A stretch of DNA of 64,000 nucleotides from the IMG/VR virus record IMGVR_UViG_2862611759_000001, one strand, 5' to 3'. Made by a program: the position numbers and the translations under genes. The stretch's first letter is position 1, and each line of letters starts with the position of its first letter. Positions 1-10,507 of this stretch are shown piece after piece. The DNA is from a virus (lineage: Duplodnaviria > Caudoviricetes). The notes below the pieces were generated by a model. The model was not told where the DNA came from, made no database searches, and saw only the letters and a list, made by a program, of their open reading frames with translations.

Positions 1-3000
1 GACAGCGAACGCGGCGTCCGGCGACATCATCGACATCTACTACGCGATGAAGTACGCCGGGCCGGTCGCCCACGGCCTCGGCGTCTCCATGCAGGAAGCC
101 GCCAGCGGCGTCGGCATGCTCGGCAAAGCCGGCATCCTCGGCCAGACAGCAGGCACCACCCTGCGCGGCATCTTCACCAACCTGGCCAAGCCGACCCCGC
201 AGATGAAGGAAGGCCTGAAGGCCCTCGGCATCGAGGCGTGGACTGCCGAGGGCCGCTTCAAGGGCCTGCGGTACGTCGTCGAGAAGCTGTCCGCCGCACA
301 GCACGACCTGACCCAGCAGGACTTCACCGCCGCCGTCGCCAAGGCCTTCGGGAAGCCCGCCATGTCCGGCGCCATCGCGCTGGCCCACCAGGGCGTCGAT
401 TCCTACGACGCGCTCATCCAGGCCGTCTCCCGCACCGGTGCCGCCTCCGACATCGCAGCCGCCAAGGGCAAAGGCCTCGCCGGCGCCATGCTCCAGCTCA
501 AGACCCAGGCGAGGCAGACCGGCCTCACCCTCTACACCGGAGCCGCCCCCGGCCTGGAGTACCTCACCCGCGCCGTCACCTCCGGGCTCGCCCAGGCCAC
601 CCCGAGGATCGAGCAGTTCTTCCAGTACGCCAACGACTTCGCGACCCTGTTCGGCCCCGGCATCGCCGCCGACGCCCACCGCACGTTCGGCGCGGTGCAG
701 GACGCCGCCTCGGACATGCTCGCCCCGTTCACGGACGGCGCGCTCGACCTGGCGGCGACCGCCCTGCACGTCCTGATGACCGCCGGCCGCATGGCCGTCA
801 CCGTCCTGGAGAACCTTGCCGACGGCGCCACCCCCGTCTTCGAAGCGCTCGGCGACATCACCAACGGCAGCTCGGGCGCCGCGACCGCGCTCGACACCGT
901 CGTCTACGTCCTCGACCTCGCCGCCTCCGCGATCGAGGTCCTCTCCACCGTCCTCGGCCCCGTCGGCCAGATGGTCGGCGGCCTGGTCTCGATGTTCGGC
1001 GCGCTGCCCGGCCCAGTGCAGTCCGCCGTCTTCGCCATGCTCCTCATGCGCCGGGTCGGGCCCGTCGCCAGCGGCCTCGCCAGCACGGTCGGCGGCCGGC
1101 TCACCGGCGCCTACCGCAGCCTCGGCGAGCAGATGCGCATCCAGCAGGCCCTCGCCACCGCCTCAGGCACCTCCATCAACCGCTACGGCGCGGCGCTCGC
1201 CGTCCTGCAGACCCGCGTCACCACCGTCGGGCAGATGGGCGCCGCGTTCCGTACGGCCTCCGGCCAGGCCACCGGCTTCGCCAGCAGCCTGCGCGGCGTC
1301 ACCGCCGCCGCCGGGACCGGCCTGCGCACCGCTGTGGGCGGCCTGGTGGGCGCGCTCGGCGGCCCGTGGGGCCTCGCCCTGACCGGCGCCGCCATCGGCC
1401 TCGGCATGCTCGCCTCTCTCCAGCAGAAGGCCGCGGCCGCCGCCCGCGAGCACGAGAACCAGATCGCGAACCTGTCCGCCGCGCTGCGCGAGTCCAACGG
1501 CCTCGTCGACGAGAACGTCCGCCAGGTCGCCATGCAGACCCTCATGGCGACGAAGATCAAGACGACGCTCGACGGCCAGCAGCGCCTCGTCGACGTCGCC
1601 AAGCGCGCTCGGATCCCCATGTCCGAGCTCGTCGACGCCTACACCAACCAGGGCTCCTCCCTCGACGACCTCCAAGACCGCCTCGCCGCGGCCGCCGCGG
1701 CCCAGAAGACGTGGAACCTGGACGCCGAGACCGGCGTCGGCGCCGAGGGCTTCACCGTCGCCGGGCGCGCCGCCGACGACCTGCGGGTCGGCATCGGCGG
1801 CCTCGCCGGCGACTTCCGCAAAGCAAAGGACGACGCCGAGGCCTTCGCCCAGGGCGTCGCCAAGGCCGGGAAGAACACCACCGCCTACGACCTGCTCAAG
1901 CGGTCCGTCGGCCAGCTCGCCGACAAGACCGCCGACGCCGACTCCCGTACCCGCGCCCTACGCGAAGCCCTCGACCTGCTGTCCGGCGGGTCGGTGTCCC
2001 TCCAGGCCGCGCAGGCCCGCGTGAACGAAGCCGTCACCCGCGCCACCGAGGCCATGGCGAACGGCATCGACAAGTCCAAGGGCTACGGCCAGGCACTCAT
2101 CGGCCAGAACGGCACGATCAGCACCGTCACCGCCAACGGCCAGGCCCTCTTCGACACCTACAACACGATCGCCGACTCGTCGGCCGCCGCGGCGATCGCC
2201 GCGTACGACTTCGCCCTCTCCCAGAACCAGGGCGTGCCCGCAGCCATCGCCGCCGCGCAGCGGGAGATGAAGAAGGGCCGCGACGCCGCGCTGAAGGTCG
2301 CCGACGGCTACGGCATCGGCGCCGAGGCCGCCGAAAAGATGGCCGACTCCATGGGCCTGATCCCCGGCCAGGTGACCATCCTCCTGCAGACCAAGGGCGT
2401 CGACACCGCCCTCGCCGAGCTCATCGCCATCCAGGCCGAGTTCGCTCGGACGCCGAAGGCGAAGACCATCAAGGTCGACGCCCTCGGCGCCGACGCCAAG
2501 CGCGAGCTCGAGGAGATCGGCTACCAGATCGAGCTGATCCCCGGCACCCGCGAGTACAAGATCACCGCCCCGACGGCCCAGGCCCGAGGGCAGCTCGACC
2601 TGCTCATCGAGAAGCTTGCCGCGACCGACGGCAAGACCCTCGACATTAAGGCGCCTTCGGTCGCCGCCGTCCGTGAGCTGCAGGCCATCCAGGACAAGGT
2701 GGCCGCCACCCAAGGCAAGACCCTCACCATGGCCGCACCGACCGGCGCAGCCCGCGAGCAGCTCCAGCAGCTCGGTTTCTCCATCCGCGACAACGCCCGC
2801 GACAAGACGGTCACCATCACGGTGCCCACCAACAGCCCCATCTCGGCCGCCGCCCAGATCCAGAACGCCATCGACAACATCCACGGCAAGCAGGTCGGCA
2901 TCGGCGTCTACATGTCGGCGTCGGCTGGCGACCGCGACGCCAACGGCGTCCCGGACATGATCCAGGCCCGCGCGACCGGCGCCGTCGTCGACTACTACGC

Positions 3001-4345
3001 CACCGGCGGCATCCGCGGCCGCGCCGTCGACCCGGGGGACCGGCCGAACCAGCACATCGCGCAGATCGCCCCGGCCGGCTCCTACCGCGTCTGGGGCGAG
3101 CGGGAGACCCAGGGCGAGGGCTACGTCCCCTTCCGGACCGACGCACGCCCCCGCTCCCGCGCGATCACCGAGGAGATCGTCCGGCGCCTCGGCGGCGACC
3201 CCTCCGGCATCCAGTGGAACGCCACCGGGTCCGTCACCGACTGGCGCTACGACCCGCAGACCGGCGCCCTGTTCTCCCCCTCCGACGCCGGGCAGGCCGC
3301 GCACCGCACCAAGAAGGTGAAGGTCAAGGGCAAGGTGAAGGAGGTCGACTTCTTCGACCTCGGCGCCCTGGAGCGCAAGCTGAAGCAGTCGTCCGCGCAG
3401 ATGCGGTGGTGGCAGGGCGACCTCGCCGTCGTCGCCGAACGCGCCGGTTCCGACGTCGCGCAGGCCCTCGCGTCCATGGGCGCCGACGGCGTCTCCCTGA
3501 CCAAGAAGATGGCGCGCGGCTCGACCAAGTACGTCAACGAGATGGCCGCCGCCCTGCGCGGCCTGGCCACCACCGCGAAGGTGTCGCTGACCGACTACAC
3601 CCGCTCCCTGAACGCCGTCACCGCCACCGACGCGCGATTCGCGCAGAACCTGGCGACCCTCGCGGCCCGCGGCTACGGCGACCTCGCACGGCAGCTCGCC
3701 GCCCAGGGCGACGAGACCGCCATCAGCCTCGCCGCGTCGGCCGTCGCCGACCGGCGCAAGGCCGGCACCGCGAACACCGCGGCGAAGAAGGCCAACGCGC
3801 AGCTCACCAGCGAGCAGGTGCAGCAGCTCGTCGCCGTCATCGCCTCCATCAGCTCCTCCAAGACCGGCCTGCACGACGTCGCCGCCACCACCGGCCTCGG
3901 CGAGGACGAGATCATCGACATCGCCAACCGCGCCACCGGACAGATCCGGTCCGCCCTGGGCGCCCGCGCGGGCAAGTTCCTGACCGACCTGGCGAAGGCG
4001 AACCGCGGCCAGGCGTACGCCGACGGCGGCATCCGCGCAGGCATCTACAGCACGAACGCCGGCCTGATGACCTTCGCCGAGCCCAGCACCGGCGGGGAAG
4101 CCCTGGTGCCCCTCGGCGCCCACAAGCGCAGCAAGGCCCTCCCGGTCCTCGCCGAAGCCGCGCGCCGCCACGGCCTCGGCCTGACCGACGTCCGCGGCTC
4201 CCAGCAGGTCGTCGTCCTCAAGGACGCCGGCGACACCAACATCACCGTCTCCACGCTGCGCACGGGCGCCAGCGCCCGCGACATCGCCGCCGAGATCGGC
4301 CACCAGCAGCGCCGAGCGCGTCGAGGGGGAGTGGCAAACCGATGA
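1..4345 (+). CDS. Phage tail tape measure protein (5' end outside window)
   Basis: >1430 aa, Ala-rich. N-terminal TP901-type motifs (MKYAGPVA, GILGQTAGTTLR). Central hydrophobic segment (GGLVGALGGPWGLAL). Two C-terminal GEG/GEA-x-x-P motifs. Followed by tail genes. Confidence 0.92.
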   Translation, partial: TANAASGDIIDIYYAMKYAGPVAHGLGVSMQEAASGVGMLGKAGILGQTAGTTLRGIFTNLAKPTPQMKEGLKALGIEAWTAEGRFKGLRYVVEKLSAAQHDLTQQDFTAAVAKAFGKPAMSGAIALAHQGVDSYDALIQAVSRTGAASDIAAAKGKGLAGAMLQLKTQARQTGLTLYTGAAPGLEYLTRAVTSGLAQATPRIEQFFQYANDFATLFGPGIAADAHRTFGAVQDAASDMLAPFTDGALDLAATALHVLMTAGRMAVTVLENLADGATPVFEALGDITNGSSGAATALDTVVYVLDLAASAIEVLSTVLGPVGQMVGGLVSMFGALPGPVQSAVFAMLLMRRVGPVASGLASTVGGRLTGAYRSLGEQMRIQQALATASGTSINRYGAALAVLQTRVTTVGQMGAAFRTASGQATGFASSLRGVTAAAGTGLRTAVGGLVGALGGPWGLALTGAAIGLGMLASLQQKAAAAAREHENQIANLSAALRESNGLVDENVRQVAMQTLMATKIKTTLDGQQRLVDVAKRARIPMSELVDAYTNQGSSLDDLQDRLAAAAAAQKTWNLDAETGVGAEGFTVAGRAADDLRVGIGGLAGDFRKAKDDAEAFAQGVAKAGKNTTAYDLLKRSVGQLADKTADADSRTRALREALDLLSGGSVSLQAAQARVNEAVTRATEAMANGIDKSKGYGQALIGQNGTISTVTANGQALFDTYNTIADSSAAAAIAAYDFALSQNQGVPAAIAAAQREMKKGRDAALKVADGYGIGAEAAEKMADSMGLIPGQVTILLQTKGVDTALAELIAIQAEFARTPKAKTIKVDALGADAKRELEEIGYQIELIPGTREYKITAPTAQARGQLDLLIEKLAATDGKTLDIKAPSVAAVRELQAIQDKVAATQGKTLTMAAPTGAAREQLQQLGFSIRDNARDKTVTITVPTNSPISAAAQIQNAIDNIHGKQVGIGVYMSASAGDRDANGVPDMIQARATGAVVDYYATGGIRGRAVDPGDRPNQHIAQIAPAGSYRVWGERETQGEGYVPFRTDARPRSRAITEEIVRRLGGDPSGIQWNATGSVTDWRYDPQTGALFSPSDAGQAAHRTKKVKVKGKVKEVDFFDLGALERKLKQSSAQMRWWQGDLAVVAERAGSDVAQALASMGADGVSLTKKMARGSTKYVNEMAAALRGLATTAKVSLTDYTRSLNAVTATDARFAQNLATLAARGYGDLARQLAAQGDETAISLAASAVADRRKAGTANTAAKKANAQLTSEQVQQLVAVIASISSSKTGLHDVAATTGLGEDEIIDIANRATGQIRSALGARAGKFLTDLAKANRGQAYADGGIRAGIYSTNAGLMTFAEPSTGGEALVPLGAHKRSKALPVLAEAARRHGLGLTDVRGSQQVVVLKDAGDTNITVSTLRTGASARDIAAEIGHQQRRARRGGVANR

Positions 4346-5244
4346 CCGACCCGACCCTGACCACCGGGCAGCTCGACCTCGCCGGCGTCGTCATCGGCAA
4401 GGGCACCAGCGTCCAGATCCGCGACATCTCCGGCCTGGGCCGGCCGCCCGTACGCGAGGAGGACTTCGACCAGCCGTCCATGGACGGCGCCTGGCCCGGT
4501 CCGGACTACTACGCCACCCGCGAGATCCGCATCGACGCCGCCATCCGCACCCCCGGTGACCGCGCGGCCGCCCTCGACGTCCTCGCCGCCCTCCAGCAGC
4601 CGCTGCACGCCCCGGCCGTACGCCTGGCCGGCGGCGCCACGCACACCCTGCGCATCGCCTGGCCCGGCCGGCCCGTCAAGCGCCTCCAGGGCCGCGTCCG
4701 GCTCCTCGACGCCGACGTACGCCAGGCCATCCACGGATACGTCCCCCTCGACATCTCCTTCGCCGCCACCGACCCGCTCTGGTACTCCGACACCGAGACC
4801 GTCACCGAGATCCCCCTCGGCTGGCTCACCGGCGGCGGGTTCCGCGCACCCGTTCACGCCCCGATCCACGTGCAGAACGGCACGGTCGCCGCCGACCGGC
4901 CCGGCTGGGTCACCAACACCGGCACTGCCGACGCCTGGCCCGTCCTGCGGATCACCGGCCCGTGCGCGAACGTCACCGTCACCCACGTTCCCACCGGCCG
5001 GACGCTCGCCCTTCCCACCGCCAACCTGACCGCCGGCCAGTGGATCGAGATCGACACCCGCCCCGGATTCCGAACCGTCACCAGAGAGAACGGCGGCAAC
5101 GCGCTCTCTCTGCTTGCCCCCGCCTCACGGATCGACCAGTTCGCCGTCCCGCCTGGGACCAGCGAGATGCGGTTCACCGCCTTCGACGCCACGAACACCG
5201 CCCGCCTGCGCCTGACCTGGCGCGGCACCTACACCGCCCTCTGA
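4342..5244 (+). CDS. Distal tail protein (Dit-like)
   Basis: ATG overlaps the TMP stop. Motifs ISFAATDPLWY and NTGTADAWPVLRITGP resemble siphovirus distal tail proteins. Position right after TMP fits. Confidence 0.8.
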   Translation: MTDPTLTTGQLDLAGVVIGKGTSVQIRDISGLGRPPVREEDFDQPSMDGAWPGPDYYATREIRIDAAIRTPGDRAAALDVLAALQQPLHAPAVRLAGGATHTLRIAWPGRPVKRLQGRVRLLDADVRQAIHGYVPLDISFAATDPLWYSDTETVTEIPLGWLTGGGFRAPVHAPIHVQNGTVAADRPGWVTNTGTADAWPVLRITGPCANVTVTHVPTGRTLALPTANLTAGQWIEIDTRPGFRTVTRENGGNALSLLAPASRIDQFAVPPGTSEMRFTAFDATNTARLRLTWRGTYTAL

Positions 5245-5254
5245 GGAGCGTCTC

Positions 5255-6190
5255 GTGCCCCTGATTCCGCAGCCGATCCTCGTCAACGGCGCTGACCACT
5301 CCGCCCAGTCCTTCCGCATGCTTGTGCGCGACCTGTCCCGCGGCAACGAAGGCGTCACCGAGGGGACCGACCTCAAGGTCACCCAGCTCGGCACCCCGGG
5401 CGCCGCCGTGCAGATCGCCGCCGGGTCCGGAGTGGTCCGAGGCCGCGCCAACGCCTTTCAGGGCTCCTACGCCTTCAGCAACGTCGGCTCGGCCAACGTC
5501 TCCATCGCACCCACCGGCGGCTCGGCGCGCTCGGACATGCTCATCGTCCGCATCGAGGACCCCGAGTACGAGGGCACTCTGAATCCGGCCGTCGACCCGG
5601 TCGTCTACTTCCAGGTCATTTCCAACGTCTCCAGCTCGGCGACCACCATCCCCGACGGCCGCACCGGCATCCCGCTGGCCCGCATCGACCTGCCCGCCAG
5701 CACGGCCACGGTCACCGACGCGCGGATCGTCGACCTGCGGCAGATCGCGAACCCCCGCCGCGACCGCAAGCTGTGGATCGCCTCCCCGGCCTCCATCAGC
5801 AACGAGGTCGGCGGCACCACCGCCACCTACACCAACCTCACCACCGCCCCCGGCTGGGCCGTCCCCGTCCCCCTCTGGGCATCCAAGGCCAACATCAAGT
5901 TCGACGTCGGCCAGATCCGCTTCGCCTCGAACGCCTTCCTCGGCGTCATGCGCGCCTCCTTCGGCGCCTCCCTCGTCACCCAGAACACCCTCCTCGACGA
6001 CAACGCCACCGGCCTGCGCCGCTCCACCGTCTTCGTCGCCGACACCCTCACCCTCCCCGACAACTACCGCGGCACCAGCCAGACCGCACGCATCCAGGTC
6101 GGCGGCGCACCCGGAAACGCCGGCCTCGTCTCCGTCGACTCCGCCACCAGCCTCTGCGCCGACATCGAGTTCTTCGAGGCACCCCGGTGA
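5255..6190 (+). CDS. Minor tail protein
   Basis: GAGGAG RBS. Beta-rich 311 aa with RSDMLIVRIEDPEY and IPLARIDLPA...IVDLR motifs of actinophage minor tail proteins. Confidence 0.7.
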   Translation: MPLIPQPILVNGADHSAQSFRMLVRDLSRGNEGVTEGTDLKVTQLGTPGAAVQIAAGSGVVRGRANAFQGSYAFSNVGSANVSIAPTGGSARSDMLIVRIEDPEYEGTLNPAVDPVVYFQVISNVSSSATTIPDGRTGIPLARIDLPASTATVTDARIVDLRQIANPRRDRKLWIASPASISNEVGGTTATYTNLTTAPGWAVPVPLWASKANIKFDVGQIRFASNAFLGVMRASFGASLVTQNTLLDDNATGLRRSTVFVADTLTLPDNYRGTSQTARIQVGGAPGNAGLVSVDSATSLCADIEFFEAPR

Positions 6191-7281
6191 GCACCCGTGT
6201 CCTGACCCAGCACGTCCTGACGGGTGAGTGGCTCACCCACAACCTTTCGCTACGCGACCTCGCCTATGGGCCCGAGCTCAACGGCCCCGGCGCGCTCACC
6301 GGCGCCCTGGCGCCGAAGCTCGCTGCCCAGAACCTGGCCGCGGTCGACCCCGGCAACACGCTCATCTACGTCGAGGCCGACGGCGAGATCGTGTGGGGCG
6401 GCCTCATCTGGGACATCCGCCCCCAGAAGAACACCGTCCGCCTTGAAGCCGCGTCCTGGTCGTCGTACCTCCACCACCGCCACGACCTCGACGGCAGGCT
6501 CGCCGGCCGCGGCCCCTACACCTACGCCGACCGCTGCACCGTCATCCGCGACATCTGGGCCTACGCCCAGTCCGTCGTTGACGGCAACCTCGGCGTCGTC
6601 GTCGACACCACCACATCGACATCCACGGTCGGCACGCCCAGCGACGTCTACACCTTCAACGCCTGGGAGACACCGAACCTGGGCGAGCGCCTGGACGACC
6701 TCGTCTCCGGCGACGCCACCCCCGACTACACCTGCACCGCCGAGTGGAACACCAGCAAGACCGCCGTGATCAGACGGCTGCGTCTCGGCTGGCCGCGCCT
6801 CGGCGCCCGCCGTACCGACATCTCCTTCGCCTCGGGCGTGAACCTCGTGGAGGACCCCGAGATCGCCCTCGCCGCCGACGAGTACGCCCAGGTAGTCGTC
6901 GCCTCCGGCGCCGGAGACGGCTCGGCCAAGCGCCGCCAGACCTCCGCGGTCCGCAACGGCCGCCTGCGCATGGAGCACGTCCTCGACCTGCCCGACATCC
7001 GCACGAACGACGTCCTCGCGTCCCGCGCCTCCGCCGAACGCATCTCCCGGCAGCGCCTAGGCGCGGTGGAGGAGGTCGTCGTCCGCGACACCCCCGCCGC
7101 TCCGCTCGGCTCCTGGCAGGTCGGCGACGACATCTACACCCGCGTCTACAACCCCTGGACCACCTACACCGGCTGGTGCCGCATCACCGGCTGGACGGTC
7201 CGCCCCGATGCCCCCGGCGGCCCCCAGGCCACCGTGCAGCTCAAGCCCGCAGATCTCTACCAGTACGGAGGAACCTCATGA
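6187..7281 (+). CDS. Minor tail / baseplate hub protein (Gp37-like)
   Basis: GTGA overlap with the previous gene. IVWGGLIW, VVASGAGDG and WQVGDDI motifs typical of siphovirus hub proteins. Confidence 0.7.
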   Translation: MSTRVLTQHVLTGEWLTHNLSLRDLAYGPELNGPGALTGALAPKLAAQNLAAVDPGNTLIYVEADGEIVWGGLIWDIRPQKNTVRLEAASWSSYLHHRHDLDGRLAGRGPYTYADRCTVIRDIWAYAQSVVDGNLGVVVDTTTSTSTVGTPSDVYTFNAWETPNLGERLDDLVSGDATPDYTCTAEWNTSKTAVIRRLRLGWPRLGARRTDISFASGVNLVEDPEIALAADEYAQVVVASGAGDGSAKRRQTSAVRNGRLRMEHVLDLPDIRTNDVLASRASAERISRQRLGAVEEVVVRDTPAAPLGSWQVGDDIYTRVYNPWTTYTGWCRITGWTVRPDAPGGPQATVQLKPADLYQYGGTS

Positions 7282-8696
7282 CCCAGAACATCGGCGCCAC
7301 CCTCGCCTCCATCGAGCGCCGCCTCGCCGCCGTCGAGCGCACCTCCCGGCTCTCCTCGGCCTCCCTCGACGACACCGCGATCGAGATCCGCGACACCGGC
7401 GGCTCGCTGCGCGCGCTCGTCGGCCAGCAGCCCGACGGCACCACCGCCGTCAACGTCGTCAACGGCCCCGTCCCGCCGACACCGACCACGCCCCTCGTGC
7501 AGTCGGTCCTCGGCGGGATCGCCGCAAGCTGGGACGGCGCCTTCGCCGACGGCTCCATCACGCCCCTCGACTTCGCCAGAGTCGAGGTCCACTCGTCCGC
7601 CTCCAGCGGCTTCACCCCGACCCCCGACACCCTGCAGAGCACCATCGAGACCCCACAGGGCGCCACCGTCACCATCCCGGCCGACACCCCGCTCTACGTC
7701 CGCCTCGTCACCCGCAACACCTCCGGCACCGGCTCCACGGCCTCCGCGCAGAACGGGCCCGTCGCCCCCGCACCCGTCGTCGCCGACGAAGTCCCCGACG
7801 ACGTCCTCATCGGCAAGGTCATCCAGACCGGCACCACCGGGCGCCGCGTCGTCATCTCCCCGGACGCCGGCGGCGCCAGCACCCCCGGCGTCGCCCTCTA
7901 CTCCGGCGACCCGGGTGAGACCCAGCCGGGCCTCCTCTCCTCCTCCACCCTCGAATTCGGCGGAGACCTCCAGCCCAGGCTCGAACTCCAGGCGCCCACC
8001 GCCGACTCCGGCGGCGCCAAGCTCATGACGGTGTCGCCCGCCGGAGGCCACGGCGGCCAGTGGATGCTCGACACCAACGACACCCGCTCCTACTGCTTCA
8101 TCCAAGGCATCGGCGGCGCCAACACCGGCGTCTCCACCATCAAGGCGTTCGCCCAGGACGGCTCCGCAGGGACCTCCTCCCTCGTCCAGGTCACCGGAAC
8201 CCAGGTCCTCCTCCAGCGCGGCCTTTCCAGGCTCCTGGTCGAAACAGCCGGCCTCACGGCTGAGGGAGCGCTGACGGTCACCGGCAACCTCCGGGGTGCC
8301 TTCCTGACCGTCGACGACACCAGCTGGAGCGCCTACACCCCGGTTGTCACGGGCGCCGGATCGCCGACGTACACCACCCGCACCGGCTGGTACCGCGTCA
8401 TCGGCAAAGAGGTCTACTTCTGCGCCTACATCGTCGTCGGGTCGACCGCAGGATCCGGCAGCAGCCCCATCAGCATCACCGCGCCGACCGACATCGACCG
8501 CACCACCCGCCAGGTCGTCTCCGCCAACGGCGACTCCATGACCGGCAACAGCGGCTCGCTCCAGGCGGTCTCCCTCCCCGGCACCGTCAGCCCCACCTTC
8601 GACCGCGTGCGGAACTCCACCGGCACCAACCTCACCGGCGCCAGCCTGACCGCCGGCGCGACCATCACCATCCAGGGCTCCTACCGCCGCCCCTGA
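7278..8696 (+). CDS. Tail fibre / receptor-binding minor tail protein
   Basis: ATGA overlap. N-terminal coiled coil (IERRLAAVER), FN3-like segment, Gly/Thr/Ser-rich beta C-terminus (WSAYTP...GWYRVIGKEV). Confidence 0.7.
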   Translation: MTQNIGATLASIERRLAAVERTSRLSSASLDDTAIEIRDTGGSLRALVGQQPDGTTAVNVVNGPVPPTPTTPLVQSVLGGIAASWDGAFADGSITPLDFARVEVHSSASSGFTPTPDTLQSTIETPQGATVTIPADTPLYVRLVTRNTSGTGSTASAQNGPVAPAPVVADEVPDDVLIGKVIQTGTTGRRVVISPDAGGASTPGVALYSGDPGETQPGLLSSSTLEFGGDLQPRLELQAPTADSGGAKLMTVSPAGGHGGQWMLDTNDTRSYCFIQGIGGANTGVSTIKAFAQDGSAGTSSLVQVTGTQVLLQRGLSRLLVETAGLTAEGALTVTGNLRGAFLTVDDTSWSAYTPVVTGAGSPTYTTRTGWYRVIGKEVYFCAYIVVGSTAGSGSSPISITAPTDIDRTTRQVVSANGDSMTGNSGSLQAVSLPGTVSPTFDRVRNSTGTNLTGASLTAGATITIQGSYRRP

Positions 8697-8856
8697 TCCG
8701 GCTCTCGGCGGGTGGAGCAGGGGGATCACTCCGGCCCCACCCGCCTACCCTGTGACCAGGGCGACCCTCCGCCCACGCTCCACCCCCGAGGGACGCACCA
8801 CCGAGTGCGAAGACCCACATCAGCTCTGGGCGCGGGGAAGATCTGGAGCACGGGCC

Positions 8857-8991
8857 ATGCCCGACACCGACACCACCACCGACGAGGTGGCCACCCTTCC
8901 TGTCCACGAGGGCACCACGCCCCCGGAGGGCCAGGTGCGCGGGATGGCCACCGACGACGACCTCGCCGACGCCGAGCGGGGGAACGCCTGA
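8857..8991 (+). CDS. Small acidic protein (44 aa) coupled to the endolysin
   Basis: GGAG RBS. Stop overlaps the endolysin ATG (TGATG). Confidence 0.5.
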   Translation: MPDTDTTTDEVATLPVHEGTTPPEGQVRGMATDDDLADAERGNA

Positions 8992-10052
8992 TGGCCCGGA
9001 TGCCCGGCGCCACCTGGCGCCCCGTCCCGAACTACACGCCGAACGGCCAGCTCGAGGTCCGCGGCCTCGTCGTGCACATCATGGACGGCACCCTCGCGGG
9101 CACCGACGCGTGGTTCCGCAACCCGGCCTCCCAGGCCTCCTCCCACTTCGGCACCAGCCGTGACGGCCGGCTCTACCAGTGGATCGACACCCAGCACCGA
9201 GGCTGGGCCCAAGCCGGCGGGAACAAGAGCTGGCTGTCGATCGAGGACGAGGGGCGCGGCGGCCAGTCGCTCACCGAGCAGCAGCTCGACCGCGTCGCGG
9301 AGGTCTTCGCCTGGGTCGTGAAGACGTACGACGTCCCGCTCAAGGTGGCGACCGGCCCCGACGACCGCGGACTCGGCTACCACGCCATGGGCGGCAAGGC
9401 CTGGGGCGGGCACACCTCCTGCCCCGGCGCGAAGATCGTGGCCCAGCTCGACGAGATCGTGAAGCGCGCCGCAGCGATCGTCGGGAAGAAGCCCACCCCG
9501 GGGACCGGCGGCGGCTCGAAGACCCCCGCCCGCTACCAGGCCAGCATCAACGGGCTGAAGTACGGCTACGGCGCCACCGGCGGCCACATCACCAAGGTGG
9601 GCCAGGCCCTCGTCGCCCGCGGCTTCGGGAAGCACTACAAGTCCGGGCCCGGCCCGACCTGGTCCGACGCCGACACCCTGAACTACCAGGCCTTCCAGCG
9701 CTCTCTCGGTCTCACGGGCGCGGCCGCCGACGGCGTCCCGGGGGAGGGGAGCCTGAAGAAGCTCCTCGGCACCCTGCCTGGCAAGGCTCCGTCCGCGCCG
9801 AAGTACGCGCCGTTCCCGGGCGCCGGATTCTTCAGCCCCGGCCGGCGTTCCGAGCTCATCACCCTGATGGGCCGCCGACTCGTCGCCGAAGGCTGCTCCG
9901 CGTACGCCGTCGGCCCCGGCGACCACTGGACCGAGGCCGACCGGCTCTCATACGCCAAGTGGCAGCGGAAGTGCGGCTTCTCCGGCGCCGACGCCAACGG
10001 CATCCCGGGCCCCACGACCTGGGCCGCCCTCAAGGTCCCCCAGCCCCTCTGA
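8991..10052 (+). CDS. Endolysin: N-acetylmuramoyl-L-alanine amidase with two peptidoglycan-binding domains
   Basis: Amidase_2 motifs (LVVHIM, ASSHF, WAQAGGN, SIEDEG, GYH...HTSCPG) and two PG_binding_1-like repeats (ADGVPG, ANGIPGPTTW). Confidence 0.9.
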   Translation: MARMPGATWRPVPNYTPNGQLEVRGLVVHIMDGTLAGTDAWFRNPASQASSHFGTSRDGRLYQWIDTQHRGWAQAGGNKSWLSIEDEGRGGQSLTEQQLDRVAEVFAWVVKTYDVPLKVATGPDDRGLGYHAMGGKAWGGHTSCPGAKIVAQLDEIVKRAAAIVGKKPTPGTGGGSKTPARYQASINGLKYGYGATGGHITKVGQALVARGFGKHYKSGPGPTWSDADTLNYQAFQRSLGLTGAAADGVPGEGSLKKLLGTLPGKAPSAPKYAPFPGAGFFSPGRRSELITLMGRRLVAEGCSAYAVGPGDHWTEADRLSYAKWQRKCGFSGADANGIPGPTTWAALKVPQPL

Positions 10053-10091
10053 CCCTGCACCTCCACCCCTTCTTCCCTCTGGAGTCCTTCC

Positions 10092-10451
10092 GTGAAGAAC
10101 CCGCTCATCCTCGGCCGGGAGCCGGCCGCCTGGCTCACGCTCGTTGCCGTCCTCGTGAAGCTCGCCGCCGCCTTCGGCTGGGACGCCTCCCCGGAGACCC
10201 AGGCCAACGTGAACGCCGTCGCCGCGGCCGCCATGGGCCTCCTGATCGCCGTCCTCGTCCACGACGGCCTCGGCGCCGCCATCATCGGCGTCGCCCAGGG
10301 CGCCCTCGCCCTCGCCATCGGCTACGGCCTCGACTGGTCCACTGACCGCCAGGCCGTCGTCATGGCCGCCATCACCATCGCCATCGGCATGTGGGACCGC
10401 ACCCAGGTCACCGCGAAGGTCCCCAAGAAGCCCGTCCTGCCCACCGTCTGA
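10092..10451 (+). CDS. Holin
   Basis: 119 aa with about four hydrophobic segments, GREPA N-terminal motif, directly after the endolysin. Confidence 0.75.
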   Translation: MKNPLILGREPAAWLTLVAVLVKLAAAFGWDASPETQANVNAVAAAAMGLLIAVLVHDGLGAAIIGVAQGALALAIGYGLDWSTDRQAVVMAAITIAIGMWDRTQVTAKVPKKPVLPTV

Positions 10452-10507
10452 TCCAGCGCGGCCGGGCGGCGCCACCGCCGCCCGGCACCCCCACCATGGA
10501 GACCTCG

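Noticed and set aside
238-4303. Long alternative-frame ORFs (238..2649 +, 1958..4303 -, and many similar ones such as 18139..20436, 53197..55119, 59672..61678)
   Set aside because: Arg/Pro-rich or antisense shadows of real genes, expected from high GC3 and scarce stop codons. No motifs or RBS.
7278-8696. Diversity-generating retroelement or invertible tail-fibre system
   Set aside because: No reverse transcriptase, no template/variable repeat pair and no inverted fibre cassettes were seen.
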